Source: Bacilli bacterium (lineage in GTDB: Bacteria; Bacillota_I; Bacilli_A; RFN20; CAG-826). From it: DNA of 57,757 nucleotides. Location: positions 1 to 57,757 of the forward strand of contig JAFXWB010000052.1 of assembly GCA_017534425.1 (NCBI GenBank), read 5' to 3'. A program made the translations under genes and the position numbers. Shown piece after piece: positions 10,701 through 18,837 of this stretch. The notes beneath the pieces were generated by a model. That model was not told the DNA's origin, ran no database searches, and was given only the letters and a program-made list of their open reading frames with translations. Position 1 is the stretch's first letter; each line of letters starts with the position of its first letter.

Positions 10701-10727
10701 ATAGACGTGGAGTGGGGTATATGTCAT
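7701..10727 (-). CDS. dnaE: DNA polymerase III alpha subunit DnaE
   Basis: PLHVYSGYSLL PHP domain, GPGRGSASGSLV, MPDIDVDF, KMDIL, YGFNRSH, C-terminal OB fold. Confidence 0.97.
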   Translation of the reverse strand: MTYTPLHVYSGYSLLKSGLKITEYLDAAKKMGLTTVGISDLNTLAGAPVINTEAQKRGLKVIFGEDLVIENLLFSFFVLNETGYKNLLKLSLEVEKGRNLRDVILEYNEGLAIVLSTQNDALKQSLITDENDFARKLSKLTRGFENFHLGLEVTSEESYIQTIRDFAFSHGYELLAFPSVKYIKKEDAIVLEMMKAIDSKEVLEIKSPEGNEYLKTPEEIANLYTEEELKNVEDLISQIDFTFMKPRGKMISWLEVTGESGDEALARLAMQGLQERGKTTPKYIERLNFELSTIKQMGYSDYFLIVQDYINYAKTHGIAVGPGRGSASGSLVSYALGITVPDPLQYNLLFERFLNPARQTMPDIDVDFSDIHREEVVAYIRQKYGSNHVARIAAVQTLGAKAALNDVGRIFNYEKHDIELFTKLIKDEKFDKLTLREIYKANAQFRELVNNDKYYLEIVTLASKIEGLPRQGSLHAVGIVLNAEPLEGVIPLSMAFDGGYVEQFEKDYIEEQGFLKMDILALRNLTIVEDCLALLNQRGIKINRDEIPYDDPAAIKIIASAKTMGLFQLESAGMRNAIKTLKIKSFEDVVQLLALYRPGPMDSINEFARKKNSGLKPKYLSPVLEEILSSTYGTIVYQEQIMQIAAKMAGFSLGEADSFRRAVSKKDSKKLEALRSSFVKGAMKKGYKQEEATNVFNLIDKFANYGFNRSHSLVYAIFTCRMAYLKAHYPKEFYASILSNASTTEFNNTIAEMKALKIKVKCPDVNKSGFGFILDGDNIIFPINSVRGVSSVTSQNIITERSYGEFKDFFDFVIRMKKYRFSDAQLMSLIDAGAFDSIEPSRASLRYTIPNALSYAGALLDDQGLLSIDPNFLPKPTVVRAEDDLLDNLNREFNALGLMVSGSPLNAYQSKIRSLKALPLDQITSSSGDIKVVGIIKNIKKITTKKKQQMAYVTIFDDTLEVELTVFPEAYAKSVSSIKKNNIVVVEGYYRSLKDEFNVTLVTSLEEK

Positions 10728-10730
10728 AAA

Positions 10731-11717
10731 TTATTCAAATAATGAATCTAAAGCGTTAATGAAGTCTTTAACTTCTTTTCTTGTTTTAAATTTAGTAGCA
10801 CTAGCTTGAGCATGGCCGCCTCCGCCATATTGCTCTGCTAATTTGTCAATTGGAGTGCCGGCACTTCTAATTGAAACTCTCCAATTACCTTTCTTTTTAT
10901 CTTCGGTAATAGAAAGCCAAGCATTTATTCCTGTGAAGTGAGCGAAAATGTTTACATTTTCTTTACCTTGGATTGGTTGGAGATGGAATTTCTTTAGAAG
11001 TTTATCTGTTAAAACATAGTAAGCAACGCCATGAGGAGTTACTTTGTAATGTTTAAGAATATAAGTTCTTACTAATAACTCGGTTTTGTCATTATCGTAA
11101 ATTTCATGATAAACCCTACTTAAATCAACACCCGCTTCAAGTAATTTTTGAGCGATTAAAAATGTATGAGCGGTGGTGGATTCAAATAAAAATCTACCAG
11201 AATCTCCAACAATTCCTTTATAAAGATATTCAGCAGTTTCTTTTGATATTTTATATTTATCTTCTTTTAAGAAGAAAATTGATGCGATAAGTTCAGCAGC
11301 TGCCGACATCGTTTCATCAACAATTTCAATATCACCAAAATGTTCAACTAATGGATGATGATCAATTTTAATTGTAAATGTTGCTTTACTAGCTCTTTCA
11401 TCTGAGATTCTATCCATATTAGATAAATCTAAAATGATTGCTAAAAAGTCTTTTTCAAACCAACTATCTTCATAAGTTTGCATAACAGGAAAACACTTTC
11501 CGGTTAACGAAACATGATTATCGCCAACAGAAATAACTTCTTTATTTGGCCAGTTATCTTTAATAAATGTTTCCATTCCAAGTTGAGAGCCGAATGCGTC
11601 ATAGTCAGGTTTTTCATGTCTAAAAACTGCAATACGGTCAAACTTTTCGATGGTAGCGTAAAATTCATCAATTAATTGAAGTTTATCGTTTAATCTTTCA
11701 AGAATAAGTTTTTCCAT
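10731..11717 (-). CDS. nrnA: DHH-family bifunctional oligoribonuclease/PAP phosphatase NrnA
   Basis: RHEKPDYDAFGSQ, KIDHHP, GIVGDSGRF, SIRS...GGGGHAQAS; adjacent to dnaE as in Bacillus. Confidence 0.92.
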   Translation of the reverse strand: MEKLILERLNDKLQLIDEFYATIEKFDRIAVFRHEKPDYDAFGSQLGMETFIKDNWPNKEVISVGDNHVSLTGKCFPVMQTYEDSWFEKDFLAIILDLSNMDRISDERASKATFTIKIDHHPLVEHFGDIEIVDETMSAAAELIASIFFLKEDKYKISKETAEYLYKGIVGDSGRFLFESTTAHTFLIAQKLLEAGVDLSRVYHEIYDNDKTELLVRTYILKHYKVTPHGVAYYVLTDKLLKKFHLQPIQGKENVNIFAHFTGINAWLSITEDKKKGNWRVSIRSAGTPIDKLAEQYGGGGHAQASATKFKTRKEVKDFINALDSLFE

Positions 11718-11718
11718 T

Positions 11719-12912
11719 TTATTTCATATAGAAAGCGTATGTATCTCTTGCGATCATTACTTCTTCATCGGTTGGAATAATAACAACTTTAATCTTAGAA
11801 TCAGGTTTAGAAATTTGTCCTTCTTTGCCTCTTAAAGTTTTGTTGAATTCGTAATCAATACTTAAACCAAGAGCTGGAGCGATTTCTTTACAAATTTCCT
11901 CACGAGCTTCCCAAGAGTTTTCACCAATACCAGCGGAGAAAATAATTAAATCTGCTCCGCCAAGTCTAACAAAGTATTGGCCGATAAAATCGGCAATACG
12001 TCTTGTAAATAATCTAAGAGAAAGTTGGGCATCTTTATTCCCGGCAGCAGCTGCAGCAAGAACGTCTCTCGAGTCATTTGAAACTGCTGAAACGCCTAAG
12101 AAACCAGATTTCTTATTGAAGATTTGATACATTTCTTCAACTGAAATTCCTGTACATTTACATAAATAATTCATTACGGATGGATCCAAATCACCTGTAC
12201 GTGTACCCATCATAATGCCTCCGAGTGGAGTTAAGCCCATTGATGTTGCAACACATTTACCATCTTTAATAGCGGTGATGGATGCGCCTGAACCAATATG
12301 GCAAGAAATAATTCTAGGATGTTCTACACCCGGAAGATATTTTGCACCTTCTTGTGCTAAGAACTTATGGGAAGTTCCGTGTGCGCCATAACGTCTGCAA
12401 TCATATTTCTCTGTGAATTCTTTTGGAATTGGGAAGATATAATCTTCTGGTGCCATTGTTTGATGGAATGCGGTATCAAAAACAGCAACGTGTACAACAT
12501 TTGGAAGGATTTGTTTAAATGCTCTAAAACCAACTAAGTGAGCTTTATTGTGAAGTGGTGCAAGTGGAATAAGTGATTCAATCTTTGCTTCTGTATCTTC
12601 ATCAAAAAGTTCTGATTTTGAGAAGTATTTGCCACCTTGAACGATACGGTGACCAACTGCCACAATTTCGTTCATATCTTGAACTATTCCGTGTTCTAAC
12701 ATTCCTTGGATAACAAGTTCAACACCTTTAGCATGATCTTTAACTGGAAGAATCTTCTTTTCGGATTCATTTCCCCATTTCATACCAAAGATTGCATCTT
12801 CTAGACCAATACGTTCCACGTTACCGGAACAAAGCACTTTTTCTTCTGGCATTTCATAAAGCTTAAATTTTAAACTTGATGAGCCAGCATTAACAGCCAT
12901 TACTTTAGACAT
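11719..12912 (-). CDS. ackA: Acetate kinase
   Basis: NAGSSSLKF, GHRIVQGG, PLAPLHN, FDTAFHQT, TSMGLTPL, PTDEE. Confidence 0.97.
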   Translation of the reverse strand: MSKVMAVNAGSSSLKFKLYEMPEEKVLCSGNVERIGLEDAIFGMKWGNESEKKILPVKDHAKGVELVIQGMLEHGIVQDMNEIVAVGHRIVQGGKYFSKSELFDEDTEAKIESLIPLAPLHNKAHLVGFRAFKQILPNVVHVAVFDTAFHQTMAPEDYIFPIPKEFTEKYDCRRYGAHGTSHKFLAQEGAKYLPGVEHPRIISCHIGSGASITAIKDGKCVATSMGLTPLGGIMMGTRTGDLDPSVMNYLCKCTGISVEEMYQIFNKKSGFLGVSAVSNDSRDVLAAAAAGNKDAQLSLRLFTRRIADFIGQYFVRLGGADLIIFSAGIGENSWEAREEICKEIAPALGLSIDYEFNKTLRGKEGQISKPDSKIKVVIIPTDEEVMIARDTYAFYMK

Positions 12913-13034
12913 AATATTCTCCTCTAATTGTTTAAAATTATAAACAATAGCAAATGTATTCGCAATAAAGTTGAGAAAAATTCTAATTCTTAAAAAGGGA
13001 CTATGATAAAATAAACCACGGAGTTAAGAAAAAT

Positions 13035-13529
13035 ATGAAATCTGTTAATCTAAAAGAATTATATTCTTTACAAAAAGCTTTAGATGCTGAAATCGCAAAG
13101 AATCATGATGTTACTTACGAATCAACAATTGAAAGAAGACTTTTAGCACTTATCGTTGAGATTGGTGAATTCGCCAACGAAACACGTTGTTTTAAGTTCT
13201 GGTCAAACAAAGGACCTTCTCCAAAAGATATAATTATGGATGAATACGCTGATGGCATGCATTTTTTGCTTTCACTCGGCATTCCACTAGGCGCTAAAAA
13301 GTTTGAATATAATTTGAGAAAATCACACAAAGATTTAACCACTCAAATCCTCGAAGTTTACAAGGCTTGCATTGCACTCAAAACTCACTTCGATTTGAAG
13401 CATTACGAGAAGGCATTTCAAGCTTATTTGAACCTCTCACAAGCAGTCAAAATGAAGCCAGAAGATATCATTGATTCTTATAAGAAAAAGTTAGACGTAA
13501 ATTACGTTAGACAACAAACAAATTATTAA
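13035..13529 (+). CDS. Dimeric (all-alpha) dUTP diphosphatase
   Basis: LALIVEIGEFANETRCFKFWS, DEYADGMHFLLS, VNYVRQQTNY match the dUTPase_2 family. Confidence 0.88.
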   Translation: MKSVNLKELYSLQKALDAEIAKNHDVTYESTIERRLLALIVEIGEFANETRCFKFWSNKGPSPKDIIMDEYADGMHFLLSLGIPLGAKKFEYNLRKSHKDLTTQILEVYKACIALKTHFDLKHYEKAFQAYLNLSQAVKMKPEDIIDSYKKKLDVNYVRQQTNY

Positions 13530-13531
13530 AT

Positions 13532-13558
13532 AAAGACTCCGTAAATGGAGTTTTTTTA
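13532..13558 (+). terminator. Intrinsic terminator after the dUTPase gene
   Basis: AAAGACTCC-GTAAAT-GGAGTTTTTTTT. Confidence 0.8.
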
Positions 13559-13569
13559 TACTTTAACAA

Positions 13570-13590
13570 TGTGTTGACAATTGCAACACA
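13570..13590. promoter_or_regulatory. Probable toxin-antitoxin autoregulatory operator overlapping the -35 TTGACA
   Basis: Inverted repeat TGTGTTG-N7-CAACACA containing TTGACA, just upstream of the antitoxin gene. Confidence 0.65.
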
Positions 13591-13628
13591 AAAATGTTTA
13601 AATAATTATAAGAAAAGAGAGCTTCATT

Positions 13629-13898
13629 ATGGCAAATGTAAATGTTAGAATAGACGCAACAACAAAAGCAGACGCGGAAGCGATTTTTTCTGAACTGGGA
13701 CTCACTCCATCTACAGCGATTAACCTTTTTTATAAACAGGTAATAAGAACTGGAAGTATTCCTTTTTCTATAAAGATAGCTAAACCAAATAGAAAAACAG
13801 TTAAAGCTTTAAAGGAAGTTGAGAAGATGGAAAAAGGCTTAAAGAAAGCTAAAGATTTTAAAACTGTCGAAGAATTAATGGAGGATTTAGAAAATTGA
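13629..13898 (+). CDS. RelB/DinJ-family antitoxin
   Basis: VNVRID..K..AEAIFSELGLTPSTAINLFYKQV...IPF...PN..T..A...FKTVEELMEDL. Confidence 0.92.
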   Translation: MANVNVRIDATTKADAEAIFSELGLTPSTAINLFYKQVIRTGSIPFSIKIAKPNRKTVKALKEVEKMEKGLKKAKDFKTVEELMEDLEN

Positions 13899-14176
13899 TC
13901 TATACCGTTAGGAGATCAAGTCAGTTTAAAAAAGATTACAAATTATGTATTAAGCGGGGCCTAAAAAAAGAAGAATTTGAAAAAGTAATTTTCTTTCTTC
14001 AAACCGGTTCAGCAATCCCAGAAAAATACCACGATCACCCATTGAAATCTTCAAAAGATTACAAGAATTGTCGTGAATTACACATCGATCCTGATTGGTT
14101 ACTTATTTATAAATATCATAATGAAAGTGTTATTTTATATTTAGTAAGAACAGGTAGTCATTCTGACTTGTTTTAA
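13895..14176 (+). CDS. YafQ-family mRNA interferase toxin
   Basis: FKKDYK..KRG, YHDHPL, RELHIDPDWLLIY, LVRTGSHSDLF. TTG start overlaps the antitoxin TGA. Confidence 0.93.
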   Translation: MIYTVRRSSQFKKDYKLCIKRGLKKEEFEKVIFFLQTGSAIPEKYHDHPLKSSKDYKNCRELHIDPDWLLIYKYHNESVILYLVRTGSHSDLF

Positions 14177-14181
14177 AAAAT

Positions 14182-14202
14182 AAACCCACATTAGTGGGTT
14201 TT
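14182..14202. terminator. Bidirectional terminator between the convergent toxin and DUF523 genes
   Basis: AAACCCAC-ATTA-GTGGGTTT flanked by A and T runs. Confidence 0.75.
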
Positions 14203-14208
14203 CTTTAA

Positions 14209-14640
14209 TTAAAGTAGTTTATCAATTTCTTCCTCGGAATAAACTTCAATTCCTTTAGATTTTAATAGTCTTGCTGTAATGCCCATTCCGACGATCAATC
14301 TATCCATAAAATAACCGTTATGGATTCGATGTGTTCCGCATGATGGAGAGTTCTCTTTTAACACAGCTTTTGTGATACCCAAATACTTGCAAAGTGCGAG
14401 TGCTTTATTGGCGCCTAATTCGAAGTTTCTAGTGACATCAGTTCCGTCGTTCATAATAACCATATTTCCCTTGATTTCGCTAGGATTTCTAGGACATTTT
14501 AATCCGCCTTCCATCTCTGGACAAAATAAAACAAGGTCATATTTTTCTCTTAGTTTTTCAACTTGAGGACAATAGTTTCCTTGACCTTTGTAGTTTGTCT
14601 TTTCACCAACTAGACAGGCACTGATAAGTATTTTTTGCAT
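14209..14640 (-). CDS. DUF523 / 2-thiouracil desulfurase-family Fe-S protein
   Basis: ISACLVG, FCPEMEGGL..PR, LKENSPSCG, GMGITARLL. Confidence 0.88.
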   Translation of the reverse strand: MQKILISACLVGEKTNYKGQGNYCPQVEKLREKYDLVLFCPEMEGGLKCPRNPSEIKGNMVIMNDGTDVTRNFELGANKALALCKYLGITKAVLKENSPSCGTHRIHNGYFMDRLIVGMGITARLLKSKGIEVYSEEEIDKLL

Positions 14641-14685
14641 GCAATAATTTTAGCAATAAGCATTTTTGTTGTAAAATACTAAACA

Positions 14686-15306
14686 ATGAAAATAAGTGAG
14701 TTCATATATAAATATAAAAATAACGATATACCTGTCCACGTGAGATATTCTCGCCAAAGGAATATTTACTATAGATACCGAAAAGATGGTTTTTATGTGT
14801 CAGCTCCTTATTTAACTGGACAAAAAATGATTGTTAAAGGACTAGAAAAGTTTGCGGATAAACTCGTGGTTCAGTTTGAGAAAATGAACTCAAATTACTC
14901 TTTTGAATATGACTTTGTTTACCTACTTGGTGAGCAAATTTCATTAAAGAGTTTAAATATTGAAAATATGCAGGATTTATATGAATTTTTGCAGAAAAAT
15001 GCGGAAATTTCGATAAAAGAACTTGTTAGAAAAAATGAGGAAATTATGGGAATTTCTGAACCATATAAGGTAAAAATTAAACCAACAGAAAGACAATTTG
15101 GATCCAACTCAAAAAGAACTCATACTCTTTCATTCCAAATCGATTTAATTCATTACTCAAAAGAAATTATTGAGTCGGTGGTCGTTCATGAACTCGCACA
15201 CGATTTTGAACGCAATCACGGTAAAAACTTTTATAATATAGTCTACAAATATTGTCCAAACTACAAAGAACTCCAAAAGAAACTTAAAAAGGGAATTCAT
15301 CAATGA
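14686..15306 (+). CDS. YgjP/DUF45-like zinc-dependent hydrolase (M48-like, UTP pyrophosphatase family)
   Basis: QFGSNS, IIESVVVHELAH...NHGKNFY..V..YCPNY. Confidence 0.8.
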   Translation: MKISEFIYKYKNNDIPVHVRYSRQRNIYYRYRKDGFYVSAPYLTGQKMIVKGLEKFADKLVVQFEKMNSNYSFEYDFVYLLGEQISLKSLNIENMQDLYEFLQKNAEISIKELVRKNEEIMGISEPYKVKIKPTERQFGSNSKRTHTLSFQIDLIHYSKEIIESVVVHELAHDFERNHGKNFYNIVYKYCPNYKELQKKLKKGIHQ

Positions 15307-16013
15307 TTAAAAGAATAGATTCCAAACAAAACCAGAAGATTAAAGACCTTCAAAAACTTTCTATTTCCAAGTTTTCGAAAGAACAAGGTTTATTTAAGAT
15401 TGAAGGTTTTCATGCTTTGGAGATGGCAAAAAAGAGTTGTGCACTTTTAAGTGTTTTCACCACTAAAGAAATTAAGGACTTAGAAGTTCCTCAATATTTG
15501 GTGTCGAAAGAAATAATGGAATCAATTTCAAGCGCAAAAACCCCACAAGGAGTCATTTGTGTTTGCTCATATTTAGAAGAAAAACCAATCAAGTCCCATA
15601 AAGTCTTAATGCTTGATAATGTTCAAGATCCAGGAAATTTAGGCACTTTGTTAAGAACTGCTCTTGCATTTGGCTATTATGACGTCATTTTGAATGGTGG
15701 ATGTTCACCATATAACGAAAAAGTTCTGCAATCTACTCAAGGCGCAATATTCAAATTAAACCTCGTTAATTATGAGGGATTTTTCCCAAAAGGATATGAA
15801 GTAATCGCTACTGAAATTAAAGGTAGTGTTGATTTATCAACAATCATTAAAGTTAATAAACACATTTTAGTTTTAGGAAACGAAGCTCATGGAGTTTCTG
15901 AAGAAATCCTAAAAGTTGCAAATAAACGAGTTAGAATTGATATTAAAAATATAGATTCATTAAATGTTGCTATTGCCGGCGCTATCGTAATGTATACGCT
16001 TTCAAATCTTTAA
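15303..16013 (+). CDS. TrmH/SpoU-family RNA methyltransferase
   Basis: DNVQDPGNLGTLLRTA, LGNEAHGVS, SLNVAIAG. Confidence 0.93.
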   Translation: MIKRIDSKQNQKIKDLQKLSISKFSKEQGLFKIEGFHALEMAKKSCALLSVFTTKEIKDLEVPQYLVSKEIMESISSAKTPQGVICVCSYLEEKPIKSHKVLMLDNVQDPGNLGTLLRTALAFGYYDVILNGGCSPYNEKVLQSTQGAIFKLNLVNYEGFFPKGYEVIATEIKGSVDLSTIIKVNKHILVLGNEAHGVSEEILKVANKRVRIDIKNIDSLNVAIAGAIVMYTLSNL

Positions 16014-16052
16014 TCAAAACTGCCATATCTTGTTTACAAGATATAAAAATAA

Positions 16053-16081
16053 TTGTCATATATTTCATATTAGTGTAAAAT
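16053..16081 (+). promoter_or_regulatory. Sigma-70-type promoter for the lipoprotein gene, preceded by a 20-bp palindrome
   Basis: TTGTCA-17-TAAAAT. ATATCTTGT-TT-ACAAGATAT at 16025-16044. Confidence 0.6.
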
Positions 16082-16203
16082 AATAAAAACGTTTTTCGTG
16101 TTTAACAGTATGCCGGGCTGGTTTTTGTGCATAAAAAAACCGAACCTTTACTATTAGCTTACTGCGGGATGCTTTTGGTAAAGAAAGAAAAGGAGAAAAC
16201 TTT

Positions 16204-18678
16204 ATGAAAAAAGCAAAAGTACTTATTGCAACATTGCTTGCTTCTGGTTTAGTTTTATCCGGTTGTACATTCCAAGAAGGATTAGAAATGGCCAAAGAAT
16301 GGGCGAGCTCAAACGTTGGTCAACCAGTCGTTAATTTCTGGAACGAAAAAATCCTTGGCAAGAAACCTCAAGAAGAACAACCAAAGGATAAAGAAGAAAA
16401 ACAAGACGAAGAAGATAAGCCAACACCTGTTGCACAACTCACATCTATTAGTATTTCAGGTCAATATAAAGCCGAGTACGAAGTTGGTGAAGAATTCGAC
16501 GCTACTGGCATCGTTGTAACCGCAGTTTACGATGATGGAAGTACTCAAGACGTTACTTCACAAGCTACATTCAGTGGATTTAGTTCTGAACAAGCTGGTC
16601 CATGCACAGTCTCAGTTTCATTCGAAGGACAAACTGCTACATTTGATGTAACTATTAATCCTGCCGTTAAGAGAGACTGGACCGCTGAAGAAAAGGCAAT
16701 TTTCGCTGATCACTTACATGGTGAAATCCTTCCATTCTTCCCAGTTGAAGGCGCAACTCCATCGTATGATGCAGCCGAAGGCAATGTTCGCATTTTAGAT
16801 GCAGAAGGAAACCCACTTCAAGTTAGCGGAACTCAAATTCCTGACTATGCTGCAGAATTTAAAGCTGCAGATGGTTGGGTAGATGTTTCTAACCAATACA
16901 CTGCATTCTCAAGTGCTCCAACAGGTTCATTCTGGGTATTTGAAAAATCTGTAGATACTTCTGAAGGCTTGAGAAGACTTTCAATCCAATTCTTTGGTTA
17001 TAGTGGCAACTCATATTCATTAGAAGGTAGCTTTGGTTTCTACGCATCTGATCCATTTAATTATGAATTCCCAGCAGCAGCTATTGCTCAAGCATTTGCT
17101 GATTTAGGATTAGAAGCATTCACATTCCCTGCACCAGATGGTGATGGATTATATTTTGAATATAACCCAGATCCAGAAGAGAATTTATATTGGCTTGATC
17201 TTGGATACACATCATATGTTTATGATCACCTCTATATTTATGGTTTATCTGAAGAAGGATATGCAGCTTATATTGCTAAGTTTGAAGCTCAAGGTTGGGC
17301 ATCTTCAGTCAGTTCTGGAGCATATACATTAACAAAAGAATTCGAAAACGGTGTCGGAAAACTCTTATCTGCAGACGCAGGAGATTACGCTATTGTTCGT
17401 ATTTACTATGTTATGGATCCACTTCCAACAACAGAGTGGCCAACTGAAGGCGCTGCTGCACTTGTTGAAGCAGTTGTTCCAGGTAGCCAAACTGTTATTC
17501 CAGAATTTACATCACAAGATATTACAAATATTGAAGTCGATGATTCCTATAACGAAATCGATGTTTATGGTCCGGAGTCACTTAAAGCTGAATATGCTGC
17601 TTTATTAAAAGAAGAAGGATGGACTGATGGTTCGGCAGCAGATTATTATGTTTCACCAAGTGGCGATGTTCAAATTAGATTAGTTTTTTCAACCACATAT
17701 GGTTTACGTATCATTATTAGTGCTGTTCCAGTTTGGCCAGCAGCCGCTGTTGCAGCAGTTATTGAGAACCTTGTTCCAGGTAGCGAAACTGTAGTTCCTG
17801 CTCTTGATGGTGGCACCAAATATGATTGGTGGACTGCAACTGAACTTGATGTTTATGGTAGTGGCCAAACATTAGGTGCAACATTTGAAGCCGCTTTACT
17901 CGCAGCTGGTTGGACCGATCTTGGAAGTCACTTATTCCTTTCACCAGCACAAGATATCACAATTGAAGTTGCAGCATATTCTTCATATGTTGAAATCTAC
18001 TTTAGTGTTTATGTTGCTCCATCAGCAGAATGGCCAACAGAAGCAATTGCCGCTTTATTAGGCGATGAAGTTGAACAAGATACACTTCCTGAATTCGAAG
18101 GTGAAGCTTCTGGTTATCAAACTTATACCGATTATGGTATGGGACTTACTATTTATGTCGAAGCTGGCACAGAAGAAGCTTGCATGGAATCTTATGCTGC
18201 TACATTATTAACAGCTGGATTTACAGCAGTCGAAGGTGAAGAAAATACTTATCTTTCACCAAATGGTGAATTTACTGCCGAACTCTGGAAAGGCACAAAT
18301 AATTCTTGGAATATTGAATTAACAGTCATTCCAAAACCAGGTTACATTTCAAGAGCTATTACTAAATTCCTCGAACATAGAGGCTTAACAAATTTTGAAA
18401 CTCCTGATTTTGCATCTCTTGAACAATATGTTTATAACTTTAAAGTATTAATGGATGGTGATGATGAATATTATCCAATGGTTCAAATTATGTTTGATGG
18501 TGATCTCCAAACCGAAGTATTTGCAATCTTAACAGCAGCAAATTATGAAGTTCCTGATACCGCTGGATCTTATGGTTATGAATGTTTCAGCGCAGATGGC
18601 GCAGTTGAAATCGACGTCAAATATTATGATAGCTATGGATTTACCGTCGTTACTGTCTATTCATACGCAGATTTCTAA
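16204..18678 (+). CDS. Large acidic surface lipoprotein: Ig-like (Big_3) domain plus several ~100-aa (W/F)P repeats
   Basis: Lipobox LSGC. Big_3 pattern YEVGEEFDATGIVVTAVYDDGS. Repeats begin EFPAAAIA / EWPTEGAA / VWPAAAVA / EWPTEAIA, each followed by Y..(L/F)..xG(W/F). AAGGAG RBS. Confidence 0.8.
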   Translation: MKKAKVLIATLLASGLVLSGCTFQEGLEMAKEWASSNVGQPVVNFWNEKILGKKPQEEQPKDKEEKQDEEDKPTPVAQLTSISISGQYKAEYEVGEEFDATGIVVTAVYDDGSTQDVTSQATFSGFSSEQAGPCTVSVSFEGQTATFDVTINPAVKRDWTAEEKAIFADHLHGEILPFFPVEGATPSYDAAEGNVRILDAEGNPLQVSGTQIPDYAAEFKAADGWVDVSNQYTAFSSAPTGSFWVFEKSVDTSEGLRRLSIQFFGYSGNSYSLEGSFGFYASDPFNYEFPAAAIAQAFADLGLEAFTFPAPDGDGLYFEYNPDPEENLYWLDLGYTSYVYDHLYIYGLSEEGYAAYIAKFEAQGWASSVSSGAYTLTKEFENGVGKLLSADAGDYAIVRIYYVMDPLPTTEWPTEGAAALVEAVVPGSQTVIPEFTSQDITNIEVDDSYNEIDVYGPESLKAEYAALLKEEGWTDGSAADYYVSPSGDVQIRLVFSTTYGLRIIISAVPVWPAAAVAAVIENLVPGSETVVPALDGGTKYDWWTATELDVYGSGQTLGATFEAALLAAGWTDLGSHLFLSPAQDITIEVAAYSSYVEIYFSVYVAPSAEWPTEAIAALLGDEVEQDTLPEFEGEASGYQTYTDYGMGLTIYVEAGTEEACMESYAATLLTAGFTAVEGEENTYLSPNGEFTAELWKGTNNSWNIELTVIPKPGYISRAITKFLEHRGLTNFETPDFASLEQYVYNFKVLMDGDDEYYPMVQIMFDGDLQTEVFAILTAANYEVPDTAGSYGYECFSADGAVEIDVKYYDSYGFTVVTVYSYADF

Positions 18679-18693
18679 AAACAAATAATTAAC

Positions 18694-18727
18694 AAAAGAG
18701 TCTGTACCTTCGGGTATGGACTTTTTT
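18694..18727 (+). terminator. Intrinsic terminator (copy 1 of a duplicated terminator)
   Basis: AGTCTGTACC-TTCG-GGTATGGACT followed by a T-run. Confidence 0.85.
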
Positions 18728-18837
18728 CTTTCAAGGGTACTTACATAAAGTCAGTACCCTTTCTTATAAGTCTAAAAATCTAATAGAATATTTACTCGTT
18801 TTTAATTAAAATTAAGTCGTTATAAAAGGAGAAAACT

